From Escherichia phage CY1_Cui-2023: DNA of 43,449 bases. The position numbers and the translations under genes are program-made. The notes beneath the pieces are model-generated. The model ran no database searches, was not told the DNA's origin, and worked only from the letters and a program-made list of their open reading frames with translations. Location of the stretch: the sequence record OQ357823.1; one strand, given 5' to 3'. Positions 1 through 8,696 of this stretch are shown here, in pieces (positions within the stretch are counted from its first letter, which is position 1; each line of letters opens with the position of its first letter).

Positions 1-3000
1 ATGGCGCAGGACATTAAAATTTACGGCAGTAAGGGCGGGCAACCGAAGCAGCACCAGCCTGTAGAGCAACCTGACAACCTAATATCTGTAAACAAGGTTA
101 AGGTTTTACTGGCCGTTTCTGATGGCGAGGTCGATAATTCGTTCTCACTAAAGGATCTGTATCTCGCTGACGTTCCGGTTCAGAATCAGAATGGAACATA
201 CAACTACGAGGGTGTAACGGCAGAATTTCGCCCAGGCACACAGAGTCAGGACTACATTGCCGGGCTAGAGGGCGCGAACTCAGAGGTGCAGGTTAACAGG
301 GAAATATCCAACTCAACACCTTACATCATTGCCGTTAACAACACTCAGCTATCAGCAATCAGGGTTAAGCTGTTCTGGCCTCGATTAATTAAACAAGAGA
401 ACAATGGCGACCTGAACGGAACATCTTGCGAGTATGCGATTGACCTGTCCGTTGATGGCGCTACATACACTGAATACACTCGAGGCGTGGCTAATGGCAA
501 GACAACCAGCGGATACGACAGGAGCATTAGGGTTAATCTTCCTGCTGAGTTCTCGAGTGCGTTGGTGAGGGTTCGCAAGATCACGGCAGATTCAGAAAGT
601 TCGACGCTGGTTAATGACATGCAAATTACGACCTATCAGGAAGTAATCGACGCCAAGTTCCGCTACCCACTTACAGCGCTGGTTTACGTTGAGTTTAGTT
701 CTGACCTCTTCCCTAACGGAATCCCGACGATTTCAATCAAGAAGAGGTGGAAGTTGATTCGCGTTCCGACCAACTACAACCCAGAGACAAGGACTTATAG
801 CGGAACCTGGAACGGAACATTTAAGATGGCTTACTCCAACAACCCAGCCTGGGTTCTTTACGATCTGGTAACGAATCAGCGTTACGGTCTGGACCAGCGT
901 GAGCTTGGTATCACGATTGATAAGTGGGGTCTGTATGAAGCTGCGCAGTTCTGTGACCAGATGGTTCCAGATGGCAAGGGTGGGATGGAGCCTAGATACC
1001 TGTGCGACGTTGTTATTCAGCAGAAGGTTGAAGCGTATCAGGTAATCCGTGACATTTGCTCTATCTTCCGTGGGTTAACCTTTTATGATGGCGAGCAGAT
1101 AGGGATTGTTGTCGATAAGCCACGCCAGCCTTCATACGTCTTTACCAACGACAACGTTGTTGATGGTCTGTTTAACCGCACGTTTGGTAGCGACAAGTCA
1201 CTGTACACAGTCGCTAACGTTCAGTTTGATGACGTTGAAAACTCATACCAACAGGATGTTGAGCCAGTATTCGAACTGGAGGCAACAAGGCGTTTCGGTT
1301 ACAACCCGGTTGACCTGACAGCCATTGGGTGTACTCGCAGGAGTGAAGCAAACCGCCGTGGTCGATGGCTGTTAAAGACAAACCTCCGCAGTGAGACAAT
1401 CAGCTTCACTACAGGTCTGGAAGGGATGATACCTATGATTGGTGAGGTGATTGCGGTTAATGACCAGGCCTGGTCTAGCAACTACACCCTCAACCTCTCT
1501 GGTCGCATCGAGTCAGTGAGTGGGTTACAGGTTTTTGTGCCGTTTAAAATTGATGCTGCTGCTGGCGACAGGATTCTAATTAACAAGCCTGACGGCATGC
1601 CTGAGTACAGGACAATTGCATCTGTATCTGAAGATGGAATGACGCTGCAACTTAACACAGCTTTTAGCTTTACTCCTCAGCCGGATACTGTGTTCGCGAT
1701 TGATAAGGAAAATCTGGCGCTTCAGCAGTATGTTGTTACCGGGATTCAAAAAGCTGATAGCGATGGAGATGATGCTTTTGGCTACACGATTACGGCAGTT
1801 GAGTACGACCCGAACAAATACGACGAGATTGATTACGGCGTAAACATTCAGGACAGACCAACGTCAATCGTTGAACCAGATACATTACTGGCGCCAGAGA
1901 ATGTTCAGGTGAGCAGCTACAGCAAGGTTGTGCAGGGTTTATCAGTTGAAACAATGATAATCACCTGGGATAAGGTTCAATACGCTAAGACCTACACAGT
2001 CCAATGGAGAAAGGAGAATGGAAACTGGATTAACGTACCGCGCACAGCGAATACAGAGATTGATATTGAAGGTATCTATGCTGGAATTTATCAGGTTCGC
2101 GTAAGGGCTGTTTCTGATACTGAAAACGTTTCTGCATGGTCTGACATTGCTTCGGCTAGCCTTACAGGTAAAATTGGAACACCGTCTGCACCAACTGTAA
2201 TCACGGCTTCAGATGATGAAGTATTTGGTATTAGGGTTAAGTGGGGCTTCCCTGAGAACTCGGCCGATACGTCATATACTGAATTGCAGCAAGTAGCCGA
2301 CAATGGTGATGGCACTTACCCTCCAGAGAATGCCAGCTTGTTAACACTAGTTCCTTACCCGAGCTACGAGTATTGGCACACTACATTACCTGCAGGTAAG
2401 GTCATCTGGTACAGGGCGCGACTAATCGACAAGATTGGTAACGTCTCTCCGTGGACTGACTTTGTGCGTGGAATGGCAAGTGATGATGTGGAATCTATCA
2501 TTGGCGAAATAAAGGTTGATATAGAGAACTCTGAGGGGTTCAAGTATCTCCAACAGAATGCCATAGCAAAGAACTCTGCTATACAGGCGCAAGCTGAATC
2601 AATTATTGAGAACGCCCTCGCGAATGAAGGTGACGTTCGAAGAATGACAAAGGAAAACGGCAAGAGGAAGGCTGAATTTGTTCAGGCAGTGAATCTTATC
2701 GCCGATGAGAAAAAGGCTCGTGTAGAGGCTCTTACGCAGCTTAAAGCACAGATAGACGATGAGGTTGTTGCATCTCTTACAAGGATTGACGTTGCACTTG
2801 CGGAAGAAACTCAAGCAAGAACCACTGCTGACACTGCATTATCAGCAAGGCTTGGTGATAATGAGGCCGCTCTAAATGAGAAGCTGGACACCTACGTTAC
2901 CGCTGATTCAATTGGTGCGCAGTACGGGGTTAAACTTGGACTTAAATACAATGGTGTTGAATACAGTTCTGGAATGAGCATGGAGCTAGCCGGTTCTGGT

Positions 3001-3387
3001 GGCAATGTTCGCAGTCAGGTTATCTTTGATGCTAACAGGTTCGCAATCAGTAACGGCATTAGCTCAGGTTCCGGTCAGTGGTCACTGCCTTTCGTGGTTG
3101 AGAATAATCAGGTGTTCATCCAGAGCGCAGTAATCCAGGATGGTTCAATCACTAACGCGAAGATTGGAAACCGGATTCAGTCTAACAATTACGTTGCTGG
3201 ATCTCAGGGATGGTCGATTGATAAGTCAGGTAGCGCCGAGTTTAGTAACGCAACCGTAAGGGGTAGTCTGTACGCCAACAGTGGTAACTTTGCATTCAAC
3301 GGCACTAATAACACGGTTCAGATTAACGGAAACGGGATCACTGTTAACCTGGCGAATGGGGGGAGGGTTGTTGTAGGTACGTTCTAA
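1..3387 (+). CDS. central tail fiber / host-specificity protein (lambda gpJ-like), 1128 aa
   Basis: Uninterrupted 1128-codon ORF from ATG at nt 1; N-terminus follows the lambda J pattern; fibronectin type III-like segment (VQWRKENGNW...VRVRAVSD); Gly/Asn-rich C-terminal receptor-binding-like tail; I-K-L-M genes sit at the other window end. Confidence 0.85.
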   Translation: MAQDIKIYGSKGGQPKQHQPVEQPDNLISVNKVKVLLAVSDGEVDNSFSLKDLYLADVPVQNQNGTYNYEGVTAEFRPGTQSQDYIAGLEGANSEVQVNREISNSTPYIIAVNNTQLSAIRVKLFWPRLIKQENNGDLNGTSCEYAIDLSVDGATYTEYTRGVANGKTTSGYDRSIRVNLPAEFSSALVRVRKITADSESSTLVNDMQITTYQEVIDAKFRYPLTALVYVEFSSDLFPNGIPTISIKKRWKLIRVPTNYNPETRTYSGTWNGTFKMAYSNNPAWVLYDLVTNQRYGLDQRELGITIDKWGLYEAAQFCDQMVPDGKGGMEPRYLCDVVIQQKVEAYQVIRDICSIFRGLTFYDGEQIGIVVDKPRQPSYVFTNDNVVDGLFNRTFGSDKSLYTVANVQFDDVENSYQQDVEPVFELEATRRFGYNPVDLTAIGCTRRSEANRRGRWLLKTNLRSETISFTTGLEGMIPMIGEVIAVNDQAWSSNYTLNLSGRIESVSGLQVFVPFKIDAAAGDRILINKPDGMPEYRTIASVSEDGMTLQLNTAFSFTPQPDTVFAIDKENLALQQYVVTGIQKADSDGDDAFGYTITAVEYDPNKYDEIDYGVNIQDRPTSIVEPDTLLAPENVQVSSYSKVVQGLSVETMIITWDKVQYAKTYTVQWRKENGNWINVPRTANTEIDIEGIYAGIYQVRVRAVSDTENVSAWSDIASASLTGKIGTPSAPTVITASDDEVFGIRVKWGFPENSADTSYTELQQVADNGDGTYPPENASLLTLVPYPSYEYWHTTLPAGKVIWYRARLIDKIGNVSPWTDFVRGMASDDVESIIGEIKVDIENSEGFKYLQQNAIAKNSAIQAQAESIIENALANEGDVRRMTKENGKRKAEFVQAVNLIADEKKARVEALTQLKAQIDDEVVASLTRIDVALAEETQARTTADTALSARLGDNEAALNEKLDTYVTADSIGAQYGVKLGLKYNGVEYSSGMSMELAGSGGNVRSQVIFDANRFAISNGISSGSGQWSLPFVVENNQVFIQSAVIQDGSITNAKIGNRIQSNNYVAGSQGWSIDKSGSAEFSNATVRGSLYANSGNFAFNGTNNTVQINGNGITVNLANGGRVVVGTF

Positions 3388-3393
3388 AATAAA

Positions 3394-3417
3394 AGCCCCG
3401 AAAGGGGCTTTATCTTT
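3394..3417. terminator. bidirectional hairpin terminator between J and the convergent leftward gene
   Basis: AGCCCC-GAAA-GGGGCT stem-loop flanked by A-run upstream and T-run downstream, so it reads as an intrinsic terminator on both strands. Confidence 0.6.
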
Positions 3418-4372
3418 AATACATGTTTGGAAGGTATGGGAGTGACATTGCTATATTTGTGTTGAATGGGAACCGTGCTCCTGTTTTCGTTGAGTAGTTA
3501 CCAATAACGCTTCCGAACTCACTCCTAACTGAGCCACCAGACATAACGACACCTTTATACCGGAGGTTGTTATAGCCACCAGTTACCCGAGTGTATGCTC
3601 CGGTTCTAAGTATTGGGAAGTACCCACCACCTATTGACTGGAATGAATTTGTTAACTGTAGAAATCCACCAAGAACAAATGGACGCTTAACTGTCGAGAA
3701 AACAACCTGACCAGCTGGGTTTACTATAGTTATTCCAGGTCCGCCAACTGGAGCTGTATTATTGAATATAACGAGATCTATAGTTACAGATGCGCCAACA
3801 TTATCAATTCCAGTATATGAGTTGCTTCTGCAAAGTATGCTGTCCCCATCAAATTCAACAGTTACATTCGGGTCACTCCACCTCCCAAAAGGAACTCCAG
3901 TAACTGGAAGTTTGTAACTACCATTTACTGTAACAGTCCCTACATATTGAGCGGTAAGTATCCTTGAGTTTGTTGTTATGGAAACAAAGTCAGTTGAGTT
4001 TGCAACCAAAATTCCCTGCCCACTTGCAGCACCCGCTATCTCAAAGCAGTTACCTGAGAAGTTTATCAACCTTCCTCTAGCACCGTTGAAGTTACTAACA
4101 TTTATCCTTCCCTGTGAGTCTGATACACGCTGGAATCCATTTAGGTAATAAACCTCAGGCACTACGCCAAAAACAACTACATCAACCGCTTTAATTGGAA
4201 GCATGAATGCAGTTGATCCACTAGTTTGTGTAAGACCGAAAGTTAAACCTCCATTTGCTGAGTTGAAACCTGACGTTGGAACTGAACCTGTCACATTTGG
4301 AATTCTCAAACCTGATGTTATCTCCATTGCCGGCCTTCCATCATTAAGGTTTATGTAGATACCTTGACCCAT
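3416..4372 (-). CDS. hypothetical Gly/Ser/Thr/Asn-rich beta-type protein (possible fiber/adhesin-like), 318 aa
   Basis: Long ORF; ATG at 4372 overlaps upstream stop as TAATG; strong SD AAGGAG 8 nt upstream; low-complexity G/S/T/N composition. Track start 4381 is GTG; ATG 4372 preferred. Confidence 0.5.
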   Translation of the reverse strand: MGQGIYINLNDGRPAMEITSGLRIPNVTGSVPTSGFNSANGGLTFGLTQTSGSTAFMLPIKAVDVVVFGVVPEVYYLNGFQRVSDSQGRINVSNFNGARGRLINFSGNCFEIAGAASGQGILVANSTDFVSITTNSRILTAQYVGTVTVNGSYKLPVTGVPFGRWSDPNVTVEFDGDSILCRSNSYTGIDNVGASVTIDLVIFNNTAPVGGPGITIVNPAGQVVFSTVKRPFVLGGFLQLTNSFQSIGGGYFPILRTGAYTRVTGGYNNLRYKGVVMSGGSVRSEFGSVIGNYSTKTGARFPFNTNIAMSLPYLPNMY

Positions 4373-4614
4373 TATTTCCACTCCTTAGAGCCGTGGTCAG
4401 CAACAGACCCGCTGTAACCGCCACCATTCATCTTAATGCCGTCGTAGCGCACATCAACTTCACCAGCCGGTAGAACCACTCCACCTTTCCATTTAGCCAC
4501 GCATACTCCGTTTGCTTGCGTTGCACACCAACCGTCAGGGCGAGGACCAGAAGAGCAACCCACCATCATGATTGCTGCTGCGGAGATGATTGAAAGTTTG
4601 ATTAAGTTAGTCAT
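4372..4614 (-). CDS. small lipoprotein, Cor-like superinfection-exclusion candidate, 80 aa
   Basis: N-terminal signal peptide with lipobox MMVGC-SS; AAGGA SD before ATG 4614; sits next to the tail-fiber gene as cor does in T1/phi80-type phages; translationally coupled to the downstream gene. Confidence 0.55.
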   Translation of the reverse strand: MTNLIKLSIISAAAIMMVGCSSGPRPDGWCATQANGVCVAKWKGGVVLPAGEVDVRYDGIKMNGGGYSGSVADHGSKEWK

Positions 4615-4682
4615 TTTCTTATTCCTTAGAATGTGCATTTCGTTTCGATGGAGTAATCATACCTCAACTGTGAGTTTTGTCT

Positions 4683-4943
4683 TTAGCAATTAATGCTATT
4701 CAACCACCTGTTATATTTATCCTTCTCATTGATTGCCTTTTCCAGTGACTTGAATCTTAAAAGTAGTGGCATGCAGTCAACACTCATAGTTAAGGATTCG
4801 TCGCAGCTATTTGAACCAGTCAGCCAAAGTGAGAAGTACTGTTGTTCGAGGCCGTAGTTCCTGTCTTTATTGACTCTAACGCTAACAACTTTGAATTTCA
4901 AACCTGCCAACTTAACCTTATCTATAAATTCTGACTTATTCAT
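4683..4943 (-). CDS. hypothetical protein, 86 aa
   Basis: ORF with AAGGAG SD 7 nt upstream of ATG 4943. Confidence 0.5.
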   Translation of the reverse strand: MNKSEFIDKVKLAGLKFKVVSVRVNKDRNYGLEQQYFSLWLTGSNSCDESLTMSVDCMPLLLRFKSLEKAINEKDKYNRWLNSINC

Positions 4944-4972
4944 CTTGTTGCTCCTTTTGAGTTTGCCTGTAA

Positions 4973-5015
4973 ATAGTACATCACCAATGAAATTTGTCTT
5001 TAGCTATTCGTGCTG
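4973..5015 (-). promoter_or_regulatory. dyad-operator promoter (CAGCA-cgaat-AGCTA, minus strand) with -10-like TACTAT
   Basis: Dyad at 5001-5015 overlaps the last codons (STNS) of the Rha-like gene; -10-like hexamer 30 bp downstream on minus strand; precedes gene starting 4943. Confidence 0.45.
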
Positions 5016-5683
5016 CTTCTTTCCAGCAACGGCTTAATGTCGATACCAAGTTTATTCTCGATCAATCCTGCCAGTGCGTCAGTCTTCTCTTTAAGAGCGA
5101 AACATTGTGCTTCATACCTAAACCTTGCTTCCATTTCATCGGAACGTGATACCCAAGACTGCCGAGCTTCACAAGCGAGAAGGTCAAGCTTCTCGTCAAT
5201 GTTCTTATCCATAAGGAGGATTTCATTGATTCGCTGCTCCGCAACGATTCGCTGGCCAAGGTGAGCGTTCTGCGCATTAGCCACACCAAGCATCACGCGC
5301 GCTTCTTTTAGCTCATCAATACTCACCATCTGGCTGATTACTTCCGTTTGTTTGTTGATGGTGGACTGCATCTCTTTAAGCTTATTAAGAACCGCACGGC
5401 GAACAGACTTTGACTCACGCATTCCAACAAGAAGCATCTGTTCCATATTAAGCACTGGTGAGTTGATTGACTTTCTATAACCCCCTCTCCTCTCACTTTT
5501 GATTACGAAACTTTCGTAGTCAAACTCAAACCCCTCAAGCTCATCCTCTATCCTCTCAACAAAGTCATTGTGCCGAACATCAGATTCACCGGCAACTAAC
5601 CTCGCTGGGTTGATAACTTCATTCAAAAACTGATAACTGTTCATTTTTACATCTTCATTTAGTAGAGTTAGGTTCATTTTCAT
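5000..5683 (-). CDS. Rha-family phage regulatory protein (putative)
   Basis: N-terminal segment LNEVINPARLVAGESDVRHNDFVERI matches the Rha-domain pattern; track ORF begins with TTG at 5710, first in-frame ATGs at 5683/5677; start uncertain. Confidence 0.5.
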   Translation of the reverse strand: MKMNLTLLNEDVKMNSYQFLNEVINPARLVAGESDVRHNDFVERIEDELEGFEFDYESFVIKSERRGGYRKSINSPVLNMEQMLLVGMRESKSVRRAVLNKLKEMQSTINKQTEVISQMVSIDELKEARVMLGVANAQNAHLGQRIVAEQRINEILLMDKNIDEKLDLLACEARQSWVSRSDEMEARFRYEAQCFALKEKTDALAGLIENKLGIDIKPLLERSSTNS

Positions 5684-5782
5684 CTCTCTTCTGGTTTTTT
5701 CATGGCTCAAATCTGAGCCATCACTTTGGTTCCCAGCCTGAAATTTAGGTTGGATGACAGCACCATTGCCGCCACGCGCCTA

Positions 5783-5825
5783 AATATACCTAAAGATAGC
5801 CAGTTGTCTTTAGCAAATCGTGCTA
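5783..5825 (-). promoter_or_regulatory. dyad-operator promoter (TAGCA-cgatt-TGCTA) with -10 TATATT, for the Rha-like gene
   Basis: Dyad 5811-5825 read on minus strand; TATATT exactly 30 bp downstream (5788-5783). Confidence 0.5.
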
Positions 5826-5854
5826 TTTATCGACAATTTCACCATAAATCACAG

Positions 5855-6020
5855 TTACACGTAACCGATGTAACTCGATGTATACAATCTCATCCGCGGG
5901 AAATGATATACTCGCTGTTACGCCAATTTACGCATTGGTTACATTAAAATATCTATATATATCAACCTTTTACTCTTATTATTATTATTATATATATTAC
6001 TGTGTATATCATGTAACTAC
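5855..6020. repeat. intergenic control region with GTAAC/GTTAC motif cluster plus (TA)n and (ATT)5 microsatellites
   Basis: GTTACACGTAACCGATGTAAC, GTTACGCC, GGTTAC at 5862-5945; (TA)4-5 at 5953-5961; TTATTATTATTATTA at 5977-5991; CATGTAAC at 6010-6017; lies between divergent genes. Confidence 0.6.
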
Positions 6021-6313
6021 TTCTATAGAGTGTTCCGGTTATAATTTTAATATCATGTGGATTTATACAGTATTGCGCGGCAGCTATACCAATGCACCCT
6101 CAGCGAGAAACGGCATACACGATATACACGATGTTTACATTGAGCTATGGCTGGCTTGAGATGCCAAAAAGCGTAACTAGTGCCAATGCCTACACGAAAT
6201 TACAAAGATTCACGCGTAAACTTAAATCAACGATTGGCAAAACCAATTGGACTGGTTACGGTGCTGAATATATAGTTACCTCATCGAAAGCAATCAACCA
6301 GAGAGATATATAA

Positions 6314-6508
6314 ATGACCTACTACATTATCAAAGAGAAAAACAACGCACTGTTCGGCGACTGCTACTTTGGAGGAGAGGCCGGTTACACCACGGATAAG
6401 AACGAAGCAGACAGATTCGAGACCAAAGGAGAAGCCCGCGATGTACTGACCGGTTACTTCACTGAAGAAGATTTGAAGTCTGTTAAAGTAGTTAAGGTCA
6501 AGGGGTGA
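6314..6508 (+). CDS. hypothetical protein, 64 aa
   Basis: ORF directly abutting the exonuclease gene; first rightward gene after the control region. Confidence 0.5.
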   Translation: MTYYIIKEKNNALFGDCYFGGEAGYTTDKNEADRFETKGEARDVLTGYFTEEDLKSVKVVKVKG

Positions 6509-6511
6509 GTT

Positions 6512-7477
6512 ATGAGCTTTAAAGTTTTTACGCGAGAGGAGCTAAGCAACGAGGCTTACCACGCTGAAACTGAACACATCTCAGGTAGCTCGCTTGTCGA
6601 GATTATCCAGGGATCACCAGCCAAGTGGAAGTTTAAGCAGCGCAACAATGATAGCAAGGCGCTTAAGTTCGGCACGCTAAGCCACACGATGATTTTAGAG
6701 CAAGATGTATTCGAAAAAGAATACCTTCGCGCAACAGACCTTGACTCGATTGAAGGCTTAATTACAAGTCAGTCTGGATTATCATCAGCACTTAAAAAAG
6801 TTGGTGTAGCTGGCACGTCAGGTAAGGGGTATAGCGAGCTTATAGAGATGATGTATCGATCTGGTGAGGATTGGCCCGTTGGATGGTTAATTGAGCAGCA
6901 GGAGAGCGCCCAGGCGCTTGCGGATGGTAAGGAGCTAGTTAGCGCAGTAGACTATGACAAGGTTGTAGCGATGCGTGAGGTCCTCTGCAACATTCCGGCG
7001 TATAATGCGATCGTGAACAGTAAGACGGCGCAGAAAGAGTTATCGATCTTCGGTGAGATTCTAGGAGTCGGCGTTAAGATTCGAATTGACCACGTTGATG
7101 TTGTTGATGGAGCAGTTCGGATCACAGATTACAAAACGACAGCAGACGCAAGCCCGGAAGGATTCGGTAAGTCAGCATTCAACCACGGATACCTTGCAAA
7201 AATGGCACTTCAGCGTGATCTGTTTGTGAAAGCATTCAACGAGAAGCGCAAGGTTGTTGTGGGGTTGCTGGCACAGGAGAAGGTGGAGCTATACTTACCA
7301 ATGCTGTACACCCTAACTGACGAACAGCTTCGCATTGGTCGTCTCCAGTATCTTGAGGCACTTGCCACTTACAAGAAGTGCAAGGAGCTAGATATCTGGC
7401 CTGGGTACTCGAACGGCATAACAGAGCAAGAACTACTAGTCCCTGAGTGGGCTCTAAAGCAATACAAAGAAATCTAA
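6512..7477 (+). CDS. PD-(D/E)XK recombination exonuclease (lambda Exo/YqaJ-like)
   Basis: Motif IDHVDVVDGAVRITDYKTT resembles the D...D/E-x-K nuclease core; SD AAGGGGTGAG; immediately upstream of erf. Confidence 0.65.
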   Translation: MSFKVFTREELSNEAYHAETEHISGSSLVEIIQGSPAKWKFKQRNNDSKALKFGTLSHTMILEQDVFEKEYLRATDLDSIEGLITSQSGLSSALKKVGVAGTSGKGYSELIEMMYRSGEDWPVGWLIEQQESAQALADGKELVSAVDYDKVVAMREVLCNIPAYNAIVNSKTAQKELSIFGEILGVGVKIRIDHVDVVDGAVRITDYKTTADASPEGFGKSAFNHGYLAKMALQRDLFVKAFNEKRKVVVGLLAQEKVELYLPMLYTLTDEQLRIGRLQYLEALATYKKCKELDIWPGYSNGITEQELLVPEWALKQYKEI

Positions 7478-7478
7478 A

Positions 7479-7521
7479 CAGCACGAATTGCTAAAACAAA
7501 ACGGGATGACTTAGGTATAGT
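7479..7521 (+). promoter_or_regulatory. dyad-operator promoter (CAGCA-cgaat-TGCTA) with -10 TATAGT
   Basis: Dyad 7479-7493; -10 at 7516-7521 exactly 30 bp from dyad centre; leader AATCAACAACGAACGAGG precedes ATG 7551. Confidence 0.55.
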
Positions 7522-7550
7522 TATCCAATCAACAACGAACGAGGTTAAAG

Positions 7551-8201
7551 ATGCAAATTTCAGAATTATGCAAATCAATTTTAAAAGCGCTTCACACTGC
7601 TAAATCGCTATTTGCGAAGGCTGAAAAGTCTAAGCAGAACTCTCACTTAAAGAATAAATACGCTACCTTAGAAGACGTTTTGGCGGCTGTTGAGCCTGGT
7701 TTATATGAGTGTGGTTTGGTGATGTTCCAGAGTGTGATTGATGACGAACAAACAAATCGCATGAAGGTCGAGACAAAGCTGTTTCATGTTGAATCTGGAG
7801 AGTGGGTAAGCTTCTTAATGATAGTCCCAATCAGCAAGAATGATGCACAAGGTTACGGATCAGCTTTAACATACGCTCGTCGCTACGGTATCACAGCTGC
7901 CTTGGGTCTTAGCCAGGCTGATGATGACGGAAATCTTGCAGCCAAAGGCGTTAAGGATTTCAAGCGAGAGCTAGAGAAATGCAATACTCTTGATGAACTT
8001 CGTAACGTCTGGAAAGAGGCTAAGCAGTCACTTGATGCGGCTGGATGGAAGGTTTTTGAACCTCACATTATCGAGCGAAAAGCAGAGATTGAGGCTAGTG
8101 CAATGACGGGCTTCAACCCAGCGAAACCTAAGCAGGTTGCACAAAAAGCTGTTCAAGAAGAAAAGGCTGAAGTACAATCTCAAGAAATCGATACATTCTA
8201 A
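7551..8201 (+). CDS. erf: Erf-family single-strand annealing protein
   Basis: YATLEDVLAAVEP and GSALTYARRYGITAALGL match the P22 Erf signature (..YARKY..). Confidence 0.8.
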   Translation: MQISELCKSILKALHTAKSLFAKAEKSKQNSHLKNKYATLEDVLAAVEPGLYECGLVMFQSVIDDEQTNRMKVETKLFHVESGEWVSFLMIVPISKNDAQGYGSALTYARRYGITAALGLSQADDDGNLAAKGVKDFKRELEKCNTLDELRNVWKEAKQSLDAAGWKVFEPHIIERKAEIEASAMTGFNPAKPKQVAQKAVQEEKAEVQSQEIDTF

Positions 8202-8241
8202 TTTAACGGGGCTTAGGCCCCAACATTAAGAGAGAAAGAAA

Positions 8242-8661
8242 ATGAGTCACGTAATTACTGGTGTTATCCGTCGCGCTCCGTTTACTAAAGAAGGTCAGAA
8301 TGCAAATGGCACCTGGAAAATGTACGCGGTTGATTTGAGTGAGCGCTACAAGGATAAGGATGGACAGGCGCATTACAGTAACTATCGAGCCGCCTTCTTC
8401 GCAAAAGAGTCAATGCTTGCATGGTATGACGAAGCGTTTCAGGAAGGTAAGGTTGTTAGCGTAAGTTGCGAAACTTTGGCTGTAGATGTTCGTGATAAAG
8501 ATGGTAAGACGTATGTAACCATTAATATGAACAATCCTCGACTTGAGTTTAGTCAGCGCGGTGAAGGTGGGCAGCAGCAGCAGAAACAACAACAGCAGCA
8601 GCAGCAACAACGACAGCCGCAGCCACAACAGCAGTTTGAAGCTGACAATATTCCTTTCTGA
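8242..8661 (+). CDS. ssb: single-stranded DNA-binding protein
   Basis: OB-fold-like N-terminus, Gln-rich linker and acidic C-terminal tail ending DNIPF, as in E. coli SSB (DDDIPF). Confidence 0.8.
   Translation: MSHVITGVIRRAPFTKEGQNANGTWKMYAVDLSERYKDKDGQAHYSNYRAAFFAKESMLAWYDEAFQEGKVVSVSCETLAVDVRDKDGKTYVTINMNNPRLEFSQRGEGGQQQQKQQQQQQQQRQPQPQQQFEADNIPF
8570..8634 (+). repeat. CAG/CAA trinucleotide repeat encoding the SSB poly-Q linker
   Basis: GGTGGGCAGCAGCAGCAGAAACAACAACAGCAGCAGCAGCAACAA... read directly. Confidence 0.8.
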
Positions 8662-8670
8662 TAAAAGATA

Positions 8671-8696
8671 AAGCCCCTTTCGGGGCTTTTTTATTT
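8671..8696. terminator. bidirectional intrinsic terminator between ssb and the convergent tail fiber gene
   Basis: GCCCC-TTTC-GGGGC hairpin with A-run upstream and T-run downstream. Confidence 0.7.

Noticed and set aside
5726-6313. Track ORFs 5726-5947, 5878-6159 and 6092-6313 on the plus strand
   Set aside because: They overlap each other across the repeat-rich divergent control region, lack SD sequences, and their translations are dominated by repeat-derived runs (YYYYY, I/Y-rich). Treated as non-coding
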